Positions 54,416-64,000 of a stretch of DNA of 64,000 nt are shown piece by piece. How positions within the stretch are numbered: the first letter of the stretch is position 1; every line of letters starts with the position of its first letter. The position numbers and the translations under genes were made by a program. Source of the DNA: Lama glama (Eukaryota); assembly GCA_028534125.1 (NCBI GenBank), contig CM052817.1, forward strand, positions 96,040,001 through 96,104,000, read 5' to 3'. The notes beneath the pieces were generated by a model, which searched no databases, had not been told where the DNA came from, and saw only the letters and a list, made by a program, of their open reading frames with translations.

Positions 54416-54624
54416 GGGGGGGAGGGTCTAGCTCAGTGGTAGAGCTCATGCTTAGCCTGCACGAGGTCCTGGGTTCAATCCCCAGTACCTCCATTAAGAA
54501 ATAAATAAATTAATAAACCTAATTACCTCCCCCTTCAAAAAACCTAAATAAATGTCACTCTTCAAAAAATAAAAAATAAATTGAAAAAAAATTTTTTAAA
54601 CAATGGGAAAAGGTACTTTGAAAA
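54416..54624 (+). mobile_element. tRNA-derived SINE (Vic-1 type) with long tail and TSD
   Basis: gggagggtctagctcagtggtagagc..ggttcaatccccagtacc; TSD aaattaagaaagcct at 54401-54415 and 54626-54640. Confidence 0.9.
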
Positions 54625-54942
54625 AAAATTAAGAAAGCCTGTATCATGATGCTAAAAGACGGTGATTGAATCCACACTTGGCATCATTTTATTTAGGTTC
54701 TATTTAACATAGCCCACAGCAAATAATCTACCTGTATTTATAGTCACAAATTTTTATTTCTGGGAGAAAAACTACAATGGTAAAGAATAGGGTTCCTTTC
54801 TTCAGGTTGTCTTCATCCATCTGCCTCTTAGTTTGACCTCCACTCTCTCCCTGCACAGTTCTCCACCCTCTTTGTGATGGCAAAATCCCTGCAAGCTTTT
54901 TTCTTTTTAATGAAAAACAATCAAATAACAAAAACAAATCAC

Positions 54943-55030
54943 CTTGCAGAGACCGCTTCTTGAATCTGTCTTGGACAAGTGGCTTTGAAATGCTTGTGGT
55001 CTCCTCGTGACAATTGTATCCACATGGCAT
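54943..55030 (-). pseudogene. Exon F of the decayed gene (88 bp, phase 0 to 1, open)
   Basis: ccactag|ATG...CAAG|gtgatt; MPCGYNCHEETTSISKPLVQDRFKKRSLQ. The other two frames are also open, so the frame is chosen from the downstream phase. Confidence 0.55.
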
Positions 55031-56147
55031 CTAGTGGTCCATAAATCAGAATTAGTCTTATATTTTCAAAGAAAACTAGACTGAGGCTCTCACCAACATC
55101 ACTGGGCATTGCTTTATAGACAGAGTTCTAGCAGGTAGCATATACTGACAGCTTGAGAAATACTGACTTTGTAATTTTTTTATGGATATGTTATATTCCT
55201 AAACTCTAGCTTAGCATCTTTTAGCTTAAAGGAACATGAAGACTGTACCTAGTGGTATGATCTGTCCCACCCCCTTCTACAAATGATACAACTTTTTTTG
55301 AAAGGACTAGAGCTTACTATTCTTAATTTCCTCCCAAATATCTATCTACCTATCTATCTATCCATCGATTCATCTATTATCCAAAAGTTAGCCCAATACA
55401 TGATAAAGCAAGTGATTTATGAAAGTTATCACCAAATCTTTTAAGGTAGACTTTGCCTTGCATTACAGACTTCCATTTGGTCCTGGTACTCTACCAATGG
55501 AAGAGGCTCAGCATACGTCTGGTTGACTTTTCAATAACTAAGAGGGATATTTAATGATGAAACTTTATATACATTTTTTCACAATAGAAGTTTGTAGTGA
55601 CTTGAGTCAGAAGTTAATTTTGCCTGCAGATAGAGTTACGGGTCACAATTTAACTATGGGTGCTAATGAGTCACTTGGAGTTGCTTTCATGAAATAATAT
55701 TAGCAGTAATGACTGGTTTAAGTACAATTTTCTGACCCAAAAGAATATATTTAAGGACCTCTAGGGGGACATCTTCCTTTGGTCTCATGAATGAATACTT
55801 TAATCTAACATCTGTTTTCTAGAATGTCTCCAAAAGCAAACATTGTTTTCCTACATTAAAAAGGATACTTTTCCAAACTTCATTTAGAAAATCTAGGTCA
55901 AAATTACAATCATGGGTGCAGTCTACTATGTTGAGTGATACTTACTTGGGTGATTTACTTCTCCTCCCATAGTGTGCACTTATTCTTTATATCTTTCAAA
56001 CAATGCAGAGTGTGGGCAAAACAATGTCACTTTATGAGCTCTGTCCACAGGTTTTAGTAGAAATAATTGCTTTACCAATAAAAAGAAGGACAGGAAGTTA
56101 AGAAATAAAGGATAGGCTGGTCTCCAAAAGAAGAAAATTGCCCTAAC

Positions 56148-56851
56148 GTGAGGATAAAGTTTAATTAGGGAAGCTCTGCGTGCAGTGTCCCATCTCATAA
56201 AACTCATTTTATTAAATTTATGTCCCATATTTTTGCCACACTATATTGCTTTCTGCACTTAAAATCCAGGCACGAGGATATGAAATTATTTTCCCTCTCA
56301 GTCACTGGCTTCAGGGGACAGGGTCTTGATTTCACCTGGGTCTTTGGTCCTCTTGCCCTTTTGTACCTTATTCCAAAGTTTCAGCAAATTTGACCTCTGA
56401 GAAGGTACAATTTCCTGTTAGCCTCACAGTTTGACTTTTCTGTTTGCATATTAGGACTCTGCTCAGAAGTAGAAAGTCTTACAGCCGAGCCCAGGAGCCA
56501 GCATCAAAATCAAGTAAAGTTTTGCTGCCAACATGTTTCACAGCTCAGCCAGTTTCCTTACTTAGGACTTAGCATCTGAGTCCTATCCTTTTTGGGGTCC
56601 ATTTTGGGGTGACATGCTTGTATAACTCTCCCCATAATCTACTCTCGAGGATTATCTATTTCATTCTGCAAAATATCTTGGCTTCCAACATTGAATCAAC
56701 GCTTCCGAAAGGAAAATCCCATGTGTTTCAGAAGTCTTGGTTATCTGGGGGGGCTGTCTACATTGATAACATCCAGACAAGCCCTCAACTCCCCTCTCCT
56801 TCATTTGTAGCGACCCAGCCAAGCCAGAACATTCTTTCGTCGAATGTGGTT
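56148..56851 (-). pseudogene. Large frameshifted exon E of the decayed gene (3' boundary uncertain)
   Basis: Strong acceptor tttcttcttcttgaacag|AA; phase-1 frame open for ~60 codons (PHSTKECSGLAGSLQMKERGVEGLSGCYQCRQPPQITKTSETHGIFLSEALIQCWKPRYFAE*), then stops/frameshifts; tentative weak phase-0 donor CAC|gttagg at 56148. Confidence 0.45.
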
Positions 56852-56876
56852 CTGTTCAAGAAGAAGAAATACTCCT

Positions 56877-56975
56877 TGAAAATAAATATATGTATGTATA
56901 TGCATGACTGGGACGTTATGCTGTACACCAGAAATTGACACATTGTAACTGACTGTACTTCAGTTAAAAGAAAAT
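56877..56975 (+). mobile_element. L1 3' tail
   Basis: gcatgactgggacgttatgctgtacaccagaaattgacacattgtaactgac. Confidence 0.85.
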
Positions 56976-57195
56976 GAAGAAGCAATATTTCCAATTTCTA
57001 CCTGAATTGTATTTCAAAGGTTCATTCACTAGCTAGTTGCTTGGGACGTATTTTCCAATGAACAGTGTTAAAAATCAGAGGCTGAAATGCAAACACAGGT
57101 GTTTGGGAAGTGGGCCAGAGTGAAGTAGGCAGAGTGGAATGTGCATGGTTTTTAAAGATTTCACTGAAACAGAAAAGACTGGACAAAGCTCTGAC

Positions 57196-57342
57196 CTTTA
57201 TTCTCTGTCAAATGCTGAGGAGTAAGCAGATAATCCTGACCCCCCTCAGCCTGATGATGGAATCTTGCCCTGTGGAAACGGCCCACGGAGGACTCCGCCT
57301 TTGACAGAATAACAGAGGGTGATTCATGACTGGTTTGCATCT
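57196..57342 (-). pseudogene. Exon D of the decayed gene (147 bp, phase 1 to 1, fully open)
   Basis: cacccag|AG...AAAG|gtcaga; (E)MQTSHESPSVILSKAESSVGRFHRARFHHQAEGGQDYLLTPQHLTENK. Confidence 0.65.
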
Positions 57343-57504
57343 CTGGGTGATGATTTGGAGAGAGGAGGTAAACAGGCAGGAACAGGGCTTTGGTTCTGAC
57401 TCATCTTAGTAGTTAATTAGGACAGAAATCTTGGCCCTGTGTGAACATCCAACACAGCTCTCTTACCGTGTCTGGGGACACCACAGGGAAATGGTTCCCT
57501 ATTT

Positions 57505-57675
57505 AAAAAAAAAATTTTCTGAAAGTGTAGTTGATTTATAATGTTAGTTTCAGTTGTACAGCAAAGTGATTCAGTTATACATATACATACATAGATATAT
57601 TTTCTTTTCAGATTCTTTTCCATTATATGTTATTACAAGAAATTGAATATGGTTCCCTGTGCTATATGGTAGGTC
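57505..57675 (-). mobile_element. L1 3' tail
   Basis: gtagttgatttataatgttagtttcag..gtacagcaaagtgattcagttatac..gttccctgtgcta. Confidence 0.85.
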
Positions 57676-58499
57676 GGTCCTTTTTTTTTTTTTTTAAATA
57701 GAAGCAAGGAAGGAAATGAGCAAGGTTTTTGCATAAAGGAACTTTAAGCAGAGGATTTTCAGACATGACTCATTGTCTTTCTTTATGATCTATCTTCTGG
57801 AAAGAAGTACACAGGTTCCAATCTAACTTTGCTTAGGGAACTAGACACTGACCATGGATCACTAATCCCACTTGCTTCCCACAGGAAAGGTCACTATACA
57901 GTTGGGAGGCCACATAAAAGGTCTACAAAATGTGATGTACGAAATACTAACGTTCATATGGAAAACAGTAAAAAAATAATTTAATAATATTAGTCACAAT
58001 GAACAGAAATCATGAAAATACCTCAAATGCTAGAACCTGAGGAGAAGTAGGTTTAATTTAATGAGGATGAAATGTTGGGGAGAAATGCGAGGAAATTCTG
58101 AAAGTGACTACTGTGTCTTTGTATTTTGTCAAATTTAACTTCAAAGGTTATGAAATCTTCCTTAATACAGGAGCTGCATAATGCTGTCCGGGAGGGACGG
58201 CAAACACGTGGCCTTCTGGCCAAAGCCGCCTCAGATCTGTTTTGTTTAACCTTTCAAAATTGGAATTTGACTAGTTTGGGGTGGGGCAGACACACTCCAC
58301 CACCCCTATATTTCTAGTTTCAGGGGCTTCACACATTTATTCTGTACCTGGGTCCTGAAGATGATTTTTTTGGCCCTAGATCAAGTTGCTTTAGAACTCA
58401 GAAATATTAAGAAAAGCAGTGAAAGACAGAAGACCAGGAAAGAAGAGATGGAAATGCAAGGGTTAGAGACAGAAAAAGGGAGATTTGTAAGGCAAATAC

Positions 58500-61400
58500 T
58501 TATTTGGTTACTTTTATTCATTGAGCACTGTTCAAAACACTAGATCAGAAATGATACATAAAACAAAGTCCCTGAACAGCAAGTCTCTACTGCATCGCAC
58601 AGGGAACTATATTCAGTGTCTTGTAGTAACTTAGAATGAAAAAGACTATGAAAATGAATATATGCATGTATATGTATGACGGAAACATTATGCTGTACAC
58701 CAGAAATTGACACATTATAACTGACTATACTTCAGTTAAAACATAACAAAATAAAAAAGTAAAACAAAACAAAACAAAACAAACAAAAAACAAAGTCTCT
58801 ACTCTCATGGAGTTTATATTCTAATGGGAAGAAATGTAAAACAGACAAATTATTATTGTCAGTGGAGGTAAGAAAAATGAAGAAAAATAAAATAAAATAA
58901 GGGATATAAGTGATGGTGGGGAATAAAGAAAGACACTGCTATGTAGAGTGGTCAGGGAAGGATTTGTTGACAAGGTTACATTTGAGCAGAGACTTGAAGA
59001 ATGTAAAGGAATGGTATTCCACGCACAAAAATAGGAAGTGCAAAGGTCCTGAGGTCAGAGCAGAGGCAGTGAGTTAGAGGAGATAGCAGACCAGCCTGGG
59101 GGCAGAAGGCATGAGCTGGAAGGTGATAAGACTTGTGGTGATGGGTAGGGCACACCCATCCTAAAACCTTTGGTGTTTCCTCTGGAGAGATAAGAAGAGG
59201 GCTTGGAGCAGAGTAGAGTCAAGGGCAGAAGTTAGTAGAATAGTTAAGGGTCTCATGTAGTACTAATTACGGATCAGGAGGATACTAATGGTGGGGATGC
59301 TGAGAACTGGTCTGTATATTCTTTGAAGGTAAAACAAATAGCATTTGTTGATGGATTAGCTATGGAGTGTGAGTGGGGAAAAAACAATGGAGTCATGGTT
59401 TCCTCTACTTTTGAGTATGTTAAAAATATCCATAACAAAATTGAAAAAAGAGTCCAGGACGACTCAAGATGTTGGGCTCAAGAAACTAAGAGAACCAAGT
59501 TACCATTTCCTGTTATGAGCAAACCCAGAGAGAGGACCACAGTTGGGAGGGTGAGACCATGAGTTCAGTTGGTGATGTGTTCTTTCTGAGATGTCTGTTT
59601 AAGCTTTCATGTGATGATGCCAGGTAGGAAGTTGATTATAGGAACCTAGAATTCAAAGGACAGGTGTGAGCTATGGGTAGAAATTTTAAGTTATGTATGG
59701 ATAGTCGGCATTTAAATTAGAGGATGAGTGGCATCACGTGAAGAGTGAATGATGAAGAAGAGGAAATCTGGGGAGGGAACACTTATCACTCTCAAGTTTG
59801 CAGTTAGGAATATGAAGAGGAACCAGCAAGGATATGACAGGGGGAACAACCAGAGACATAAGAAGACAAAAACAGTCAAGCAAAGGGAACATTTTAAGGA
59901 GGAAGTGATCAACTGACACAAATGCTGACAATGGAGATGATGTGGAAAATAACTATTAGCTTAGCAACAGGGCGATCATGGTTAGTATTTGAGAGGTAGG
60001 ACCTGCAAGTGGAATTGGCTCAGGAAATATCAGAAGAAAGGCAGACAGCAAAGGTAGCTCACCGTTCCGAAGATTTTTGCTTAGAAGGGGAGCAGAGAAA
60101 TGGGGTGGTATCCGGAGGTCCATGTGTCGTTAAGGTTGGGCTTTACTTTTAAAGATGAAAGTGACCCAGTTAGAGAGGGAAAGTTCAACAGTGCAGAGAA
60201 GACAAGTGATTTCAGGAAGGATGCTCTTGAGTGGAAGAGGAGCCTTGTTATACTTGTAGGCATTGTCCTTAGTGAGGGGCAGAGAGAACTTATTCACTGT
60301 AACAGAAGGGAAGGCAGGAGGCTGGCAAAGAGGGAGGAAAGTTTGTGGATTTGGTGGTGGGAGCATGTGGAAGGTCCTTCCAATTGCCTCTATTTTCTTA
60401 GTAAAATGAAGAGCAAGGTTATTAAAAGTAAGAATAAGAATGAAGGATGAGTCAGTTTCTGTTTTATAAATAAGTTTATTTGTGTCATTTAAAAAAATTC
60501 CACATGTAAGTGATACATACGATATTTTCCTTTCTCTTTCTGGCTTACTTCACTTAATATGACAATCTCTAGGTCCATCCATGTTGCTGCAAATGGCATT
60601 ATTTTATTCTTTTTTATGGCTGAGTAATATTCATATATATATGTGTGTATATATATATATATCCCACACTTCTTTATCCAATTATCTGTCAATACTTCAA
60701 AAAATTGAATAAAGGATGAAGTGCTGTAGATTTGAGGAGAAAAGAAAGTTGAGAAACAGTTGTCTGGGAGAATAAGAGAGAAAAGGGACTAGTCAAAGGC
60801 AATCACATTTCCTGGCAACAGTAAGGGCCAACCTGAGATTAACACTAAGGAATTAAAGTATGTTTTCTTCCAGCCTCCTTCAACAGTTCAGAGACAGGAA
60901 AGAGTAGGTGGAAGTTTTGGTTGAACTAAGAGCAAGTAAATTTCATGATGGGAGAGAAGGGCAAGGAGATTGGGGTGTATACAAGGGAATGGGCACCATG
61001 TTTAGCCACTGAGTCTTCACTGAAGAAAGAGGTAAATGAGGACATGGAGAGGGGAGGGACAAATGATAGGTATTTCTCCTAGGGCTAAAAGAGTAATAAT
61101 TAGAGTGAGATGAACGATGGGATGTAGAGGTGGGAGTGCATGATGTCTGAAACTAACATATGCTGGGGGTGCAGTTGCTGGTGGTGATAATGTCTAGGGC
61201 ATGACCATGGAGCAGGTGGCTGGAGTGATGTGGAGACAGATCAGGGGAGGAAAGGACATCAAGAGCCTGAAGTGAGACTCTTGTAATGATCTTTCCAATG
61301 ATTTTGAAATCACCAAGGATTATGAAAACAATGCTGTTCGAGAGAGTGACAGTGGTCATGCATGAGAGCATTCAAGAATGATGAGACATGAGTATGACGT

Positions 61401-61790
61401 CTGTAGATGACTGACACATGGTGAAGTGGATGACCAGTGGCTGAGCTTCGAGGGAAGAAAGAATGTTTAGGGAGAAGCAAAGGGGGCCCAGATGGAATTG
61501 GCAATGCAGTAGGAAGAACAGGTTTCATTCAGAATAAAGAGGTGGGAGTAATATGGAGAAGACCGTGAGGACGTAGGAAATCTTGCTGATGACAGACAAT
61601 GCGTTCCAAAGGGCACAGTGAAGAGCTTGTGTTGTTGGAAAGAGTGTGAGACTGGGTCACATAAAAGGATGGACAGAGCTGTGTGGGGATGTGATTTAAA
61701 ACAATGAGTGGGGTTGGGGCTTCTTTTGAAGGCTGAGACAGCTTGTGTGAATGTACTTTGCAATTGAAGGAAAACTTCCAAAACAGTGTA
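58500..61790 (-). mobile_element. Long L2 remnant with nested L1 fragments (58573-58790 +, 60450-60690 -)
   Basis: G/A-rich reverse L2 text from its 3' end (cattgagcactgtt..caaagtccct..ctcatggagtttatattcta) inward; L1 ORF2 peptide at 60489-60692. Confidence 0.75.
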
Positions 61791-62115
61791 CTGAGTGTTA
61801 AGTATGGCTTGTGCCTACGCTAAAGCCATTTCATTAGACAGTTTACCACCATGACCAGTAGGTGGTGGTGTTGGCCCAAGATAGTTTGGTTGCTGCTCAG
61901 CGTAGGGAAGGGAAGGGAAGGGGAGGCGATCACAGATTGGGTGTGATGGAGAGAAGACAGTTTATCTGCCACGAGGAAAAATGTAAAGGATGCTGGTAGA
62001 TTTAAGAGATCTCCCTTTTTAGATTAATCATCCTTATTCAAAATTAATCTTTTTAAAGATAGACAAACATGCACTAATTCTTAGAAAGGACTGGAACTTA
62101 AAAAAAACGAGCATA

Positions 62116-62257
62116 AGGAGAGGGTATAGCTCAGTAGTAGAGCACATGCTTAACATGCACAAAGTCCTGGGTTCAGTCCTACTATCTCCTAAAATAAACA
62201 GATAAACCTAATTACCCCCCCATACAAAAACAAAAAGCAAACAAAATAAATAAAAAC
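62116..62257 (+). mobile_element. tRNA-derived SINE (Vic-1 type)
   Basis: gagggtatagctcagtagtagagcacatgc..ctgggttcagtcc; gagcataa repeated at both flanks. Confidence 0.85.
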
Positions 62258-62379
62258 TTGAGCATAAAGACAATTACGGAAATATATAAAGTGCACATGA
62301 CGATGCACTTGCTATGTTTTTTTGGATTGAAAAATATCAGAAACAGAGAAAGAGACAGAAACTGCAAGAACTCTCAGAC

Positions 62380-62505
62380 CACTCAAGACAGTTCAGGATG
62401 CCCAGCCAATAAGATTTCTCTTATTTTGCCTCTGGGACAACCATGTACACTAAATCCACGAGAAATCGCTGGCTGCATCCTGATACTTATCAGAAAACAC
62501 ATGCT
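62380..62505 (-). pseudogene. Exon C of the decayed gene (126 bp, phase 1 to 1)
   Basis: Strong acceptor tttcccttttacag|AG, weak donor GTG|gtctga; (E)HVFSDKYQDAASDFSWI*CTWLSQRQNKRNLIGWAS*TVLS. Confidence 0.5.
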
Positions 62506-62704
62506 CTGTAAAAGGGAAATTCAGTTCTTGCTATAAAAACAAACAAACAAACCCCCCACCCCCTCTCTTCTCCCTCCTGCTTGCTTTGGGGATTCAGAAC
62601 ACAGAGCTTAGGAAGCCAGGGGCACAGCGACTTCCTTTTGAGAAGGAGGAGAGGCTGAAAGAGGCAGATGCTGATCAGAGTCTATGAGCTTTGCATATTC
62701 ATAC

Positions 62705-62925
62705 CCCTCAGTTGCTCAGCATTAGAAAATTCCGATAATGAGCCTGTGAAAGCTCCAGCAGCCTCTGCATAGCTTGGGGGTTTGTTCTCTGCTCTCTGGG
62801 TAGAACTGCTTCTTATCAAACCAGGAGGCTCTCCCCTCTACACTGAATCAGCACACTTGTACATTGGAGTTTTCGACATCACCCACAAGATTTTTAAGGG
62901 CTTGTCAAAAGAATCTTCATAGTCT
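62705..62925 (-). pseudogene. Exon B of the decayed gene (221 bp, phase 2 to 1)
   Basis: tttttattcatggttag|A...GGG|gtatga; DYEDSFDKPLKILWVMSKTPMYKCADSV*RGEPPGLIRSSSTQRAENKPPSYAEAAGAFTGSLSEFSNAEQLR, one stop in 73 codons. Confidence 0.65.
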
Positions 62926-63232
62926 CTAACCATGAATAAAAATGATTTCAGATATCATCTCTATTGCACATTTTATTTCATGGGATTAATTTAATTGATT
63001 GAGCTGAGTAGTTAAGGGTTGTTAAGTGGTTGCTAGTAATAAGGAGACATCGTTAAATTTTTAGGAAAATATTTCAGGTACATACTGATGTGCTGGTTGT
63101 ATTTAAATGATTGAAACTCTTTAATGGTAATACAGTTACATCTTGATTAAACAATCTTCTTAGGCAAAAAAAAAAAACCAACTCCTTTATAATAAAATCA
63201 GTCTTATAAAGAAAAAAATCGGCAGCTCTCAC

Positions 63233-63301
63233 GTGAAGTTACTCTGCTTGGGAATTACTTGCACATTACAAATGTCATATGATTGTCTCGACCCACGTCT
63301 C
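63233..63301 (-). pseudogene. Candidate exon A of the decayed gene
   Basis: Acceptor ccaaatag|GAG at 63301; two possible donors (CAA|gtaatt ending 63259: DVGRDNHMTFVMC; CAC|gtgaga ending 63233: RRGSRQSYDICNVQVIPKQSNF), both open and both ending in phase 2 as exon B requires. Confidence 0.45.
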
Positions 63302-63337
63302 CTATTTGGCTAAATATAGTCAAAAGTTAGTTAACAC

Positions 63338-63465
63338 TGGGAAGGGTATGCTTAGCATGCATGAGGTCATGGGTTCGAGCCCAGTACTTCTGTTAGATTA
63401 AAAAATAATAAATAAATAAACCTAATGACCTCCCCCTACCCAAACAAACAAACAAACAAACCAAA
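63338..63465 (+). mobile_element. tRNA-derived SINE (Vic-1 type), A-box deleted
   Basis: gggaagggtatgcttagcatgcatgaggtcatgggttcgagcccagtac..aaataaacctaa. Confidence 0.8.
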
Positions 63466-63770
63466 ATTTAATAATATTAGCCCTGGGAAAAATTACTATT
63501 TTCTAGTTTCTCTTGGATACAACATCTTAGCTAGGCATTTGATGGCCAAGTTATTATTTTAAAATTTGTGAAAGATTCAAAGGCTAGAGTTTATGAACTA
63601 AACTCCAGGAAATTTTTTGGAGAAAATTACTGTTTCTTCTCTTTATTAAGAATTACAACAAAGGACCAGAAATCTCCACTTTTTCCCACTGTTAGGTAGA
63701 CAATGAGGCTTACCTACTTCTTTCTTAAGTGTGATTCATTCTAGAATATTGGAGGATATTCTAGAATAGA

Positions 63771-64000
63771 ATTTTTTGATTGAGTTGTCTGGCTTTTTGA
63801 TATTAAAATGTATGAGCTGTTTGCATATTTTGGAAATTAATCCCTTGTCAGTCACATCATTTGCAAATATTTTCTCCCATTCTGCAGGTTGTCTCTTCAT
63901 TTTGTTGATGGTATCCTTAGCTGTGCAAAAGCCCTTATGTTTAATTGGAACCCATTTGTTTATTTTTGCTTTTATTTCCATTACTCTAGGAGCTGGTTTA
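63771..64000 (-). mobile_element. L1 ORF2 fragment running off the window
   Basis: Peptide [45 protein letters not shown]. Confidence 0.95.

Larger units (their letters stand above)
37868..63770 (-). pseudogene. Degenerate multi-exon (non-processed, probably unitary) pseudogene of an unidentified large protein; 5' part extends beyond the window or is disrupted by the L1 at the right edge
   Basis: At least 13 segments in non-repeat DNA bounded by polypyrimidine-AG and GT on the minus strand; frames join in phase at 12 junctions; 12 core exons total ~2.0 kb (~665 codons) with 11 premature stops and one frameshift; terminal TGA 37899-37897 followed by AATAAA 37873-37868. Confidence 0.75.

Noticed and set aside
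54416..54495. tRNA gene (also similar copies at 9611, 12811, 32990, 44760, 62116)
   Set aside because: A-rich tails, TSDs and multiple diverged copies identify them as tRNA-derived SINEs.
55024..55040. CTCF-like site over the exon F acceptor
   Set aside because: Mismatch at a core G of the motif.
57742..57796. Extra pseudo-exon KIDHKERQ*VMSENPLLK after a good acceptor
   Set aside because: No proper GT donor in the needed phase, and exon C joins exon D without it; left unresolved.

Overview
Mammalian genomic DNA, very probably a camelid (repeated tRNA-derived Vic-1-type SINEs, artiodactyl L1 tails). No intact protein-coding gene is visible. Left half (1-31310): intron-like DNA of an unidentified minus-strand gene with candidate non-coding exons (30178-30103, 6830-6675), a candidate internal promoter (~4.6-5.1 kb), a near full-length RPL17 processed pseudogene, a solo ERV LTR and many LINE/SINE/DNA-transposon remnants; the main promoter may lie in the N gap (31311-31810). 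Right half: hand reading of the minus strand gives a chain of at least 13 AG/GT-bounded exons from ~63.3 kb to 37.9 kb whose reading-frame phases match at 12 junctions, ending in a stop codon followed by AATAAA. The reconstruction carries 11 premature stops and at least one frameshift, so it looks like a decayed, spliced (probably unitary) pseudogene of a large protein I cannot name. Its introns hold motif-dense enhancer-like blocks. All repeat family names and exon calls are by eye and need RepeatMasker/BLAST confirmation.
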